Source of the DNA: Malacoraja senta | Lineage: Eukaryota | Assembly (NCBI GenBank): GCA_038087875.1 | Contig: CM075988.1 | Span: forward strand, 14,324,001 to 14,388,000 | DNA: 64,000 nt | Direction: 5' to 3' | Shown: positions 49,152 to 60,592 of the stretch, one piece after another | Layout of the letters: each line of letters starts with the position of its first letter | Numbering within the stretch: position 1 is the first letter of the stretch | Made by a program: the position numbers and the translations under genes | The notes under the pieces: generated by a model | Told to the model about the DNA's origin: nothing | The model's input: the letters and a program-made list of their open reading frames with translations, nothing else | Databases searched by the model: none

Positions 49152-50082
49152 ATGAGGGCCAGGGCAGTTTAATGTTCTGGATGTCAGATGTGGGAGGTCA
49201 TGAGTCTGATAGCCCTCCAGACGTCCACATCTGCGCCAGGTGCATCGAGATGGGGCTCCTAAGGGACCGTATTAGGAACCTGGAGCAGCAGCTCGATGAC
49301 CTCCGTCTGGTCAGGGAGAGCGAGGAGGTCATAGAGAGGAGTTACAGAGAGGTGGTCACTCCAAGACCACGGGAGGCAGGCAAGTGGGTCACGGTTGGGA
49401 GGGGCAAGGGGCAGAGGCAGGGACTAGAGAGTACCCTGGTGGCTGTACACCTTGGCATTAAGTACTCCTGTTTGAGCACTGTTGGGGGGGACAGCCTACC
49501 TGGGGGAAGCAACAGCGGCCGGGCCTCCGGTACAGAGACTGGCCCTGTTGCTCAGAAGGGTAAGGAAAAGAAGAGGAGGGCATTAGTAATAGGGAACTCT
49601 ATAGTTTGGGGGTCAGATAGGCGATTCTGTGGACGCAGTCAGGAGACCCGGATGGTAGTTTGCCTCCCTGGTGCCAGGGTCTGGGATGTGTCTGAACGTG
49701 TCCAAGATATCCTGAAATGGGAGGGAGAGGAGCCCGAGGTCGTGGTACATATAGGTACCAATGACATAGGTAGAAAAAGAGAAGAGGTCCTGAAAGGAGA
49801 ATTTAGGGATGTTAGGAGTTAAGGAGAAGGACCGCAAAGGTAACAATCTCAGGATTACTGCCTGTGCCACGCGACAGTGAGAGTAGGAATGGAGCGAGGT
49901 GGAGGATAAATGCGTGGCTGAAGGACTGGTGCAGTGGGCAGGGATTCAAGTTTCTGGATCATTGAGACCTCTTTTGGGGAAGGTGTGACCTGTACAAAAA
50001 GGACGGGTTGCACTTGAACCCGAGGGGGACCAATATCCTGGCGGGGAGATTTGTAAAGGCTACTGGGGAGACTTTAAACTAG
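49152..50082 (+). pseudogene. CR1 ORF1: zinc finger/leucine zipper plus SGNH esterase-like domain
   Basis: CSGC...CARC; LLRDRIRNLEQQLDDL; LVIGNSIV; CLPGARV; VVHIGTNDIG; KDGLHLN. Stops and frameshifts present. Confidence 0.88.
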
Positions 50083-50389
50083 AATGGTTGGGGGGAGGGA
50101 TTCAAATAGAGAAAGCTAGTAGACAGTGTGTGAGGCAGGAGGCAGAGAAGGGAAGCACTCAGACCCAACATGTAGGGGGGAAAGAAGTAAAAAATAATAA
50201 ACAGAGAATAAGAGGTGGTGGGTTTCTTAAATGTGTGAGCAGAGAGACAGAGGGGTGTAAAATGAGGGTAGAAGCAATAGGAAGCAATAGGTAGCAAGGT
50301 GAAAAGTAAAAGTGGCAGGCAGACAAATCCAGGGCAAAAATCAAAAAGGGCCACTTTTCAACATAATTGTATAAGGGATAAGAGTGTTG

Positions 50390-53211
50390 TAAAAACAAGC
50401 CTGAAGGCTTTGTGTCTCAATGCAAGGAGCATTCGTAATAAGGTGGATGAGTTGAATGTCCAGATGGCTATTAATGAACATGATATAGTTGGGATCACGG
50501 AGACATGGCTCCAGGGTGACCAAGGCTGGGAGTTGAACATGCAGGGATATTCAATATTCAGGAGGGATAGACAGAAAGGAAAAGGAGGTGGGGTAGCGTT
50601 GCTGGTTAGAGATTAACGCAATGGAAAGGAAAGACATTAGCTTGGAGGATGTGGAATCGATATGGGTAGAGCTGCGAAACACTAAGGGGCAGAAAACGCT
50701 AGTGGGAGTTGTGTACAGGCCACCTAACAGTAGCAGCGGAGTTGGGGATGGCATCAAACAGGAAATTAGAAATGCGTGCAACAAAGGTAAAACAGTTATA
50801 ATGGGTGGCTTCAATCTACATATAGATTGGGTGAATCAAATTGGCAGGGGTGCTGAGGAAGAGGATTTCTTGGAATGTATGCGGGATAGTTTTCTAAACC
50901 AACATGTAGAGGAACCAACGAGAGAGCAGGCTATTCTAGACTGGGTATTGAGTAATGAGGAAGGGTTAGTTAGCAGTCTTGTTGGGCGTGGCCCCTTGGG
51001 CAAGAGTGACCATAATATGGTTGAGTTCTTCATTAGGATGGAGAGTGACATAATTAATTGAGAAACAAGAGTTCTGACCTTAAAGAAAGGTAACTTTGAG
51101 GGTATGAGACGTGAATTGGCCAAGATAGACTGGCAATTGACTCTTAAAGGGTTGACGGTGGATGTGCAATGGAAGGCATTTAAAGACTGCATGGATGAAC
51201 TACAACAATTGTTCATCCCAGTTTGGCAAAAGAATAAATCAGGGAAGGTAGTGCATCCGTGGATAACAAGGGAAATCAGGGATAGTATCAAAACAAAAGA
51301 TGAAGCATGCAAATTAGCCAGAAAAAGCAGCCTACCAGAGGACTGGGAGAAATTCAGAGTCCAGCAGAGGAGGACAAAGGGCTTAATTAGGAAAGGGAAA
51401 ATAGATTGCGAAAGAAAACTGGCAGGGAACATAAAAACTGACTGCAAAGGTTTTTATAGATATGTGAAGAGAAAAAGATTAGTTAAAACAAATGTAGGTC
51501 CCTTGCAGTCAGAAACAGGTGAATTGATCATGGGGAACAAGGACATGGCAGACCAATTGAATAACTACTTTGGTTCTGTCTTCACTAAGGAAGACATAAA
51601 TAATCTGCTGGAAATAGCAGGGGACCAGGGGTCAAATGAGATGGAGGAACTGAGTGAAATCCACGTTAGCCGGGAAGTGGTGTTAGGTAAATTGAATGGA
51701 TTAAAGGCCGATAAATCCCCAGGGCCAGATAGGCTGCATCCCAGAGTACTTAAGGAAGTAGCCCCAGAAATAGTGGATGCATTAGTGATAATTTTTCAAA
51801 ACTCTTTAGATTCCGGAGTAGTTCCTGAGGATTGGAGGGTAGCTAATGTAACCCCACTTTTTAAAAAGGGAGGGAGAGAGAAACAGGGAATTACAGACCA
51901 GTTAGTCTAACATCGATAGTGGGGAAACTGCTAGAGTCAGTTATTAAAGATGGGATAGCAGCACATTTGGATGGTGGTGAAATCATTGACAAAGTCAGCA
52001 TGGATTTACGGAAGGTAAATCATGTCTGATGAATCTTTTAGAATTTTTCGAGGATGTAACTAGTAGAGTGGATAAGGGAGAACCAGTGGATGTGTTGTAT
52101 CTGGACTTTCAGAAGGCTTTCGACCAGGTCCCACATAAGAGATTAGTATACAAACTTAAAGCACACGGTATTGGGGGTTCAGTATTGATGTGGATAGAGA
52201 ACTGGCTGGCAGACAGAAAGCAAAGAGTAGGAGTAAACGGGTCCTTTTCAGAAACGCAGGCAGTGACTATTGGGGTACCGCAAGGCTCAGTGCTGGGACC
52301 CCAGCTATTTACAATATTTATTAATGATTTGGACGAGGGAATTGAGTGCAACATCTCCAAGTTTGCGGATGACACAAAGCTGGGGGGGCAGTATTAGCTG
52401 TGAGGAGGATGCTAGGAGGCTGCATGGTGACTTGGATAGGCTGGGTGAGTGGGCAAATGCATGGCAGATGCAGTATAATGTGGATAAATGTGAGGTTATC
52501 CACTTTGGTGGCAAAAACAGGAAAGTAGATTATTATCTGAATGGTGGCCGATTAGGAAAAGGGGAGATGCAACGAGACCTGGCTGTCATGGTACACCAGT
52601 CATTGAAAGTAGGCATGCAGGTGCAGCAGGCAGCGAAGAAAGCGAATGGTATGTTCGCATTCATAGCAAAAGGATTTGAGTATAGGAGCAGGGAGGTTCT
52701 ACTGCAGTTGTACAGGGTCTTGGTGAGACCACACCTGGAGTATTGCGTACAGTTTTGGTCTCCTAATCTGAGGAAAGACATTCTTGCCATAGAGGAAGTA
52801 GAGAGAAGGTTCACCAGACTGATTCCTGGGATGTCAGGACTTTCATATGAAGAAAGACTGGATAGACTCGGCTTGTACTCGCTAGAATTTAGAAGATTGA
52901 GGGGGGATCTTATAGAAACTTACAAAATTCTTAAGGGATTGGACAGGCTAGATGCAGGGAGATTGTTCCCAATGTTGGGGAAGTCCAGAACAAGGGGTCA
53001 CACTTTAAGGATTAGGGGGAAATCTTTTAGGACCGAGATGAGAGAAACATTTTTCACACAGAGAGTGGTGAATCTCTGGAATTCTCTGCCACAGAAGGTA
53101 GTTGAGGCCAGTTCATTGGCTATATTTAAGAGGGAGTTAGATGTGGCCCTTGTGGCTAAAGGGATCAGGGGGTATGGAGAGAAGGCAGGTACAGGATACG
53201 GAGTTGGATGA
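50390..53211 (+). pseudogene. CR1 ORF2: APE endonuclease plus reverse transcriptase
   Basis: LNARSI, GITETWL, VYRPP, SDH (APE); [23 protein letters not shown] (RT); several frameshifts. Confidence 0.95.
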
Positions 53212-53408
53212 TCAGCCATGACCATATTGAATGGCGGTGCAGGCTCGAAGGGCCGAATGGCCTACTCCTGCAACTATTTTCTATGTTTCTATGTTTCTAT
53301 GTCATGCAAGCCGTCTTAAATGACCACCTAAACTATCATTTGGCAACTTAAAAAGCTGCCGAGGTTGCCCGGCTGGCAACAGGGAAAAAAAGTTAAGTGA
53401 GAGCCTTG

Positions 53409-54048
53409 CTATCTATTCCCCTCATGATTTTATACAACTCTATGATCACCCCTCAGTGGGGTTTCCAACTGTTCCGTATTAGCCCATATATTGGGCTAAA
53501 TTGATTTGTCCCGTATTTGACTGCTACTACTCGGGTCGAGGGGACAGTCAGGTCGGATCAGAGCACCACATCCGGCCCTGCCTCACCCGTCTCGAAATAG
53601 TGGAGCCCATGGTGTGCAGCAGCAGCGCCCCGCCCGTGACCCCGTCGGTCAGCAGCCCGGCCAGCTGTCCGACCTTCGAACCTTTGTTTACCGGCGTCAC
53701 GATCACCCCTCCTTCTCATGACCGATCATCAGTTCATGAGTTGGATAGGGTGCCGGACTTTGCGCGCGACGTCGCGCGGGCCAAAACTCCTCAGCTGGCT
53801 CGCCGGCTGGGCTTTGTGTGCAGACCAGCACCCGGGCCAACTCATCATTCACCCAGCCACGGCCGAGTCGGTCAACAAATTGCCGTTGGGAATTTGTCCC
53901 CTATTTTGACCTTTTTTTTCCTTATTTGGGAGTGAGAAAGTTGGCAACCCTACCCCTCAGCTTCCTGCGCTCCAAGAAATAAAGTCTTAGCCTGCCCAAC
54001 CTCTCCCTGTGACACATGCCCTTAAGTCCCAGCAACATCCTGGTACAT
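53409..54048 (-). mobile_element. CR1 fragment, target of two hAT-like insertions
   Basis: 45738-45752, 53414-53456 and 53961-54048 rejoin into continuous reverse CR1. Confidence 0.8.
53457..53952. mobile_element. hAT MITE with 8-bp TSD
   Basis: Left end begins TGGG..TTTCCAACT; right-end reverse complement TAGGGTTGCCAACT; cccctcag at 53449-53456 and 53953-53960. Confidence 0.88.
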
Positions 54049-54122
54049 ATATATATATATATACAAACAAGTTATATTTGCATAATGTGTTTTAAGTGAA
54101 ATTATATATATATATATATATA

Positions 54123-54768
54123 CCAGACTAAGTGGGACCCGTTGGGTCCCATGTTCACAGTGGAGGGCTGGTCCCCAAATGCAATATTCCACCTCTCCAC
54201 CAATTCCAATATTGGTGGCCAGTGGGGGGAGGGGGGGCTTTCTGAAGCGCTAGTATGGGTGTTGTGGGCTGAAGTGACTGGTTTCCAGAGGGCTACTGTG
54301 GATATTGTGGGCCAAATGGATTCTTGGAGAGGCAGCTCAGTCACTCAAGCCTGATGTGCTGGCAGCTCACTCACGGCTGGTGGGCTGGCAGTTGACTCAC
54401 GGCTATTCCTTGAAATTCCATTTCAACTAGGGTGCAAGGCCACCAAATTCAAATGCAGTTTCCTACCACTTCAAGCAGGGTGCAAGGCCACCAAATTCAG
54501 CTGCAGTTTCCTACCACTTCAAGCAGGGTGCAAGGCCACTGAAAATCAAGTGTACTTTCCTACCACTTCAAGCAGGGTGCAAGGCCACCAAATTCAAGTG
54601 CAGTTTCCAACCACTTCAAGCAGGGTGAAAGGCCACCACATTCAAATGCAGTTTCACACCATTTCAAGCAGGGTGAATCCACCATAAAATCACCATAAAA
54701 CCACATGAAATATATAAACTTGATTTTCACTTAAAACACATTTAACATATTTAACTAATATAACTTGA
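54123..54768 (-). mobile_element. Non-autonomous Helitron-like element
   Basis: Minus strand starts TC, ends with hairpin TGGGACCC-AAC-GGGTCCCA then 6 nt then CTGG (CTRR). Sits between A and T with no TSD. Confidence 0.72.
54412..54677. repeat. 48-bp minisatellite, about 5.5 copies
   Basis: Unit ttcaagcagggtgcaaggccaccaaattcaaatgcagtttcctaccac. Confidence 0.95.
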
Positions 54769-55744
54769 TTTTTAAAGAAAATTTAAAATACAGTAAAAAA
54801 AGAAACAAACAAGTTACTTTCATTTTCTTTATTTATACATGTGAACATGTATATAAAATTATATATACACATGTAAATAAATAAAATTCGTAGCTTTTGT
54901 ATCTAAATAGCTGTTAATTGCTTCTAAATGCCTCGGTTCAACAAAGATAATGTGAAACAGTGTAAAGGTCTTTTGTCAGTAGGAGCTAGCTGGGGATTTA
55001 GCTCACTAATCACTGCTCACAGCCCTCTTTGCCACGCAGAAGAATCACGACAGAAGCACCGGTAGAAACCTGGGAGCTTTGCAGTCATCAAACCTTGTTG
55101 TAACTGTGGGTCAAGGACAGTGAACAAGAGCGATGTCCTGTCAAACACTAGCACACGATGAACATAATCTGCAGCGTTATCTGGAAATTAGAGGATAGAC
55201 CACGATAGGCTGGGCTTTTCAAATTAGATCGCTTGTTGATCGGAGAAGATCACAAATTATTTAATCAGCACTCTACAAATGTTCAATGATCCTGAAGTGA
55301 AACTACTCAGAGCTTCGAGAACAGCATGAAATGCAGCTCTGCTAATTACTTGTTACTGCTTTAATGATTGTGGTAACACTTCATTTTCTAAAAGAGGGTG
55401 TTATTACTGAGCAAAATGCAGCTTTTGGGACTTGAATTTCCTACGATGTTTGAAAACCATCGTGTCTGTCAGCCGGGATCCCTACCCTTGGACAAATGAT
55501 AGTGTGTTCAGTGTCCCCAGCTGGTTTGGGTTTGCGTTAAACTTCGAAAAACACTTTAGCCCCGTCGGCCATTGCCATTCATTACCTTTCACAATCTACA
55601 TGCAGATATTTTCTCTCTCCTGTGAAATAGCAGCAAGATTTGGTGAGGTGAGTTCACACTAGAGGCTTCATGATAATGAAAAGAGAATCCGTACGATTCT
55701 GAAAATCAGGGTGGAAATGCAAGAGAACATGCATAGGATTGAAT

Positions 55745-55856
55745 ACAAGGAACTGCAGATGCTGGTGTACAGAAACAAGGACACAAAATGCTGGAGTAAT
55801 CCAACAGGTCTCTGCTGAACATGAATAGGTGATGTTTCAGGTTGGGACCCAGACTA
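55745..55856 (-). mobile_element. Penelope terminal-repeat fragment
   Basis: aaggaactgcagatgctgg...gacacaaaatgctggagtaa...ggtgatgtttcaggttgggaccc. Confidence 0.75.
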
Positions 55857-55864
55857 AAAACTAA

Positions 55865-56081
55865 GACTTTGTACATTCTCCCCGTGACCGTGTGGGTTTT
55901 CTCTAAGATCTTCAGTGTCCTCCCACACTACATACAGGTTTGTATGTTAATTGTCTTGGTATAAGTGTAAATTGTCCATAGTGCATGTAGGATAGTGTTA
56001 ATGTGTGGGGATCACTGGTCGGTGTGGACTTGGTGGGCCGAAGGGCCTGTTTCCACGCTGTATCCCTAAACTAAACTAAAC
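55865..56081 (+). mobile_element. 5'-truncated V-SINE
   Basis: V-domain and (ctaaa)n tail. Confidence 0.85.
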
Positions 56082-56549
56082 ACAGACAGTGGTTAGTCCT
56101 GGATACACAGCTGCCGATGATAACAGGCTGCATCAGATTTTCTAGACCAACAGATAGAGATTGCTGGAGGAGCAGAATATGAGCCATGGAAACTAGGTGC
56201 CTTCCTACTCACAGTGGGGGAAGGAGGAGGCCAGTAATCAACAGTGACCCAACATTTAGGACGGGCGAGGAGAGGACGTCAGCTGCTGGTCGACCAAGGG
56301 AGGGACGATGGCTGGAGGCCCACAGCAGCATGAGGCTTGTCAGAATCAGACAACACTCATAACAACTGGAGTGTGGACTGGACTTGGAAAATGGCAGCAA
56401 AACATGGCGCCACTTGCATGCGGGCACACTAGACTATTTCTGTACGATTGCTAATCGGGGGTGGTATGGTGATACTCTACTCAGCTGTTTGTAAGGAAAG
56501 AATGTGCGTTTGCACTTTGCACATGTGACAATATAGCACCATTCAACCA

Positions 56550-56852
56550 TTGATTAAGAATAAGGGGTAGGCCATTTAGGAGTGAGATGAGGAAAAACGT
56601 TTTCACCCAGAGAGTTGTGAATCTGTGGAATTCTCTGCCACAGAAGGCAGTGGAGGCCAATTCACTGGATGTATTCAAGAGAGAGTTGGATATAGCTCTT
56701 AGGGCTAATGGAATCAAGAGATATGGGGAGAAAACAGGAACAGGGTACTGATTCTGGATGATCAGACATGATCCTAATGAATGGCGGTGCTGGCTCGTAG
56801 GGCCGAATGGCTTACTCCTGCACCTATTATCTATGTCTATGTTACTATGTAT
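56550..56852 (+). mobile_element. CR1 3' fragment
   Basis: ttcacccagagagttgtgaatctgtggaattctctgcc...cctattatctatgtctatg. Confidence 0.9.
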
Positions 56853-56929
56853 GATAACCAAAGGAATATCAATTCAGCTGACTCTCCCATGAATAGTGAG
56901 GTGTGTACCTTATAGCCATGGCTGGAGGA

Positions 56930-57500
56930 CAGCAACCACCTCTGAGCACCACCGTTCAGGGAAGGTGCAGAGGAGTTTTACCAAAATGACAATATTCATG
57001 TTTTCCAGTGAGTTTCCAGTCTGTGAATTTAATTCTGCATCCCACTTGCACGCACACCTCTCTCTCTATAAGCTCAATCATTATTCCAGCAAAGCTCAAT
57101 GTAAGCTTGAGGAAATGCATCTCATCTTCCTAAAAAGCACAGCAAGACTGAGTTCAACAATGGCAGGTAACTAGCCATTCCAGCCGCATATCTCCAGGAA
57201 TCAGATTTCCCCTCTCCCCTTCTATTTTTATTCCTCCTTCAGCCAACACTTTTGTTATTCATTTATTCTTATTACCCACCCCCAGCCAGCACCACCAGCG
57301 CCTGTTTCACTCAGCATCTCTCCATTCTGTCCCAAACATCTCCATTAGTTTTCTCTGTAGCTAAAAACGAATTACCTTTTTCACTTGTCCCTGTTCATGT
57401 TGGAAGGTCGCCAAGCAGAGGAAAAAAACTGTTTTCCTCTCTTCACGAATGCTGCCTGATCTACTAGGTATTCCCAACATGTTGCACTTCTATTTGTCAT
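56930..57500 (+). mobile_element. Old degraded Penelope-like 3' end
   Basis: FPVCEFNSASH...AQCKLEEMHLIF, pyrimidine tract, and gctgcctgatctact tail remnant. Confidence 0.6.
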
Positions 57501-58214
57501 GCATGACTTATCCATTCAAAATGACCTTTCACAGAGAATGGAGAAATTTGATTTCTCTCCATAGAACACAGTTGCATAAGGCTCCAGAAAGCAATTAGTT
57601 TACACAATGTGTGGATTTGATTAACTAACTTATTTGAATCTGCCTCCTCCAGGTTTCAATGTAATCTTCAATCGCTGGTTAGATAGTGTTATGGGGGAAG
57701 CTGGGTTGTGGGAGTATCTTGAACAGTTCTTCCATACAGCTGGAATAGGTACAATGTGCCAATATTTCTCTGTTTATGCCATTAGATTCTTTGAATCTAC
57801 TGTTCACTCTACAAAGCGTACAACTTCCTTGTGCAAAATACCACAAAATGATCAATTTTTTAGGACAAATCCTTACCAGATTAAACCTTCATTTAGGAAA
57901 ATCTATCTAAAGATCAAGCACTTTGTTTCATTTTCAGTGGAATTCAACTTTACATTAACAGGACTGAATGGGCCAACACACTGTCCTTTCATCTCCGGAG
58001 GGGTTTGAATACATTCCAGATCGTTGGGATGAAAGGCTTCTCATTCTGCTAGCTGTAAAGATCATATGTACCATTAATTTACACGCTAACAGCTCTGTTC
58101 ATGGGGAAATAATGGTTCACAGTTGAGAATTAGTTGGCAGTCACTCAAAGTCCATCAAGATAACAGTCATGGGAACTAGAAAATACACAATGTTATTGGT
58201 TTGTTGCGGAGACT

Positions 58215-58735
58215 ATACTGCATGGAGACAGGCCTTTCGGCCCAACTCATCCATGATGACCAAGTTGTCTAACTGAACTTGTCCCACACCCCTGTGCCTG
58301 GCCCATGTTCATCCAATCCTTTCCGATCCATGTGAATGTATCTATGTCTATTTTAAATGCCATAATTGCCACTTCCTCCGGCAGCTCATTCCATCTACCC
58401 ACTGCACCTATATGTGTGAAAAAGTTGTCTTGTAGATACCTTTTAAATCTTTCCCCTCTCACCTTAAACCTGTGCATTCTAGTATTAGACTCCCCTATCA
58501 TGGGGGGAAGATTGTGGTTGTTCACCTTGCCTATGTCCCTAAGATAGATACAAAATGCTGGAGTAAATCAGTGGGTCAGGCAGCATCTTTGAAGAAAAGG
58601 AACAAGGGATGTTTTGTGTCAAGACCCCTTTTCAGAATATTTGTCTCTCATGATTTTATTAACCTTGATAAGGTCATAGAAGATCTCAGCCTCCTGCACT
58701 TCAGGAAGAAAAAAATCCCAGCCTATCCAGCTTCA
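58215..58735 (-). mobile_element. CR1 3' fragment with an inserted Penelope tail (about 58542-58637)
   Basis: HRFKVRGERFKRYLQDNFFT; insert gatacaaaatgctggagtaa...caagaccccttttcaga. Confidence 0.8.
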
Positions 58736-59617
58736 GAGTAAAGAAAATAGCTGAGTTATTATATACATGAATAGGAAATGCCTGTATTTGACAAAAAGAT
58801 TTTCTTCAAAGGCAACTTACTCTTTTAGTAAATACTCCATTATAGGCTGATAACATTCAATGGAAAGTGAAAGGCTTTGAAGATAGCCTGGATTTTGCAG
58901 TCGTAAGCATAATAAAACTATCAGTCTAAGTCATCATAGGTTGAGGAAATTGTCAGCAGTGTTGCAAAGCCCTGGCATAGCTAGTTTAACATGGAAATCC
59001 CAGAGCTACTGTCAATGACTCTGCAGGCTGCTCGATTTACTGCTGCTTTCACTGCAATCAAGGGAGATCACTTGCACTGATGTGAATGCAACCTATTTAT
59101 GAATGAGTCCTGCTGTAAAATATCCAGCATTTTTACACAATGTTTAACTCAGCTTTTAATGGTGTACTAATCCATTAATAATAAACCATCTGGCCCCAAA
59201 AACCCATCCAGAGTCTGTGTGCTGCAATTCCTTCAATTTATTATCACTACGTGAAAGGGCTATTTTACAAGGGTACTTTTTATGATTCTTCAGTTTCTGC
59301 TTCAGTCTCTCGATCGTTATTTAATACTCTATAGTATTTAAATTATTAATAAAAATGTGTGCTTTTTGTTTTCTGGTGGACTGCGCGAGAATTCGTAAAT
59401 GTGATTGGCTATTTAGCCAGTTTAATTAAATCATAGCTGCCGGGTGCCCGAGATCCCGTGGAATTGATGCCCACAGTAGCGTTCACTGGAAAAAGAGGAG
59501 CTGTCACTTCCCTTTCTTCAACATCTTTCGTCAGTTTAAGGAGTGAGAGTTTTTGTTTCCTTGCAGATTATAAATTCAATGGCAACACATCGAGTCAGGT
59601 GCAGACGCAATGAACTG

Positions 59618-60490
59618 CAATAGACAATAGACAATAGGTGCAGGAGTAGGCCTTTCGGCCCTTCGAGCCAGTACCCCCATTCAATGTGATCATGGCTGAT
59701 CTTCCCCAATCAGTACCCCGTTCATGCCTTCTCCCCATATCCCCTGACTCCGCTATTTTTAAGAGCCCTATCTAGCTCTCTCTTGAAAGCATCCAGAGAA
59801 CCTGCCTCCACCGCCCTCTGAGGCAGAGAATCCCACAGACTCACCACTCTCTATGAGAAAAAGTGTTTCCTCGTCTCCGTTCGAAATGTCTTACTCCTTA
59901 TTCTTAAACTGTGGCCCCTGGTTCTGGACTCCCCCAACATCGGGAACATGTTTCCTGCCTCTAGCGTGTCCAAGCCCTTAACAATCTTATATGTTTCAGT
60001 GAGATTCCCTCTCATCCTTCTAAACTCCAGAGTGTACAAGCCCAGCTGCTCCATTCTCTCAGCATATGACAGTCCTGCCATCCCGGAAATTAACCTTGTA
60101 AACCTACGCTGCACTCCCTCAATAGCAAGAATGTCCTTCCTCAAATTAGGGGGTTCAAAACTGCACACAATACTCCAGGTGTGGTCTCACTAGGGCTCTG
60201 TACAACTGCAGAAGGACCTCTTTGCTCCTATATTCGATTCCTCTTGTTATAAAGGCCAACATGCCATTCGCTTTCTTCACTGCCTGCTGTACCTGCAGGC
60301 TTACATTCATAGACTGATGTACAATGACCCCCAGATCCCGTTGTACTTCCCCTTTTCCCAACTTGACGCCATTTAGATAGTAATCTGCCTTCCTGATTTT
60401 GCTACTAAAGTGGATAACCTCACATTTTTCCGCATTAAACTTCATCTGCCATGCATCTGCCCACTCCCCCAACCTGTCCAAGTCACCCTG
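59618..60490 (-). mobile_element. Young 5'-truncated CR1
   Basis: LQGDLDRLGEWADAWQMKFNAEKC...RPHLEYCVQF; (caataga)n tail. Confidence 0.95.
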
Positions 60491-60592
60491 CAGATGCTGG
60501 TTTACAAAAGAAGACACAACGAGCTGTTGTAGCTCAGCAGTAAGGCAGCATCTCTGGTGAACGTTTTGGGTCAGAACCTTTCTTCAGACTCG
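60489..60592 (-). mobile_element. Penelope terminal-repeat fragment
   Basis: ctgcagatgctggtttac...ggcagcatctctgg...gggtcagaacctttcttcagact. Confidence 0.7.

Larger units (their letters stand above)
48896..53302 (+). mobile_element. Near full-length degenerate CR1 LINE (about 4.4 kb)
   Basis: 5' UTR, ORF1, APE+RT ORF2, 3' UTR and (ttctatgt)n tail, all colinear. Confidence 0.96.
45753..53408. mobile_element. hAT-like non-autonomous element with 5-bp TSD, expanded by nested insertions
   Basis: Ends CAGGGCTCGAAATTAGC and reverse complement CAAGGCTCTCACTTAAC; shared subterminal ggttgcccgg/ggcaac motifs; ctatc at 45748-45752 and 53409-53413. Confidence 0.7.

Noticed and set aside
50836..51447. 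203-aa minus-strand ORF and similar antisense ORFs over CR1 copies
   Set aside because: Antisense shadows of CR1 ORF2.
53501..53935. 144-aa GC-rich ORF
   Set aside because: Entirely inside a 496-bp hAT MITE and has no transposase motifs.
54412..54677. Regular repeats resembling a CRISPR array
   Set aside because: Units are contiguous 48-bp tandem copies with no unique spacers, there are no cas genes and the context is eukaryotic.
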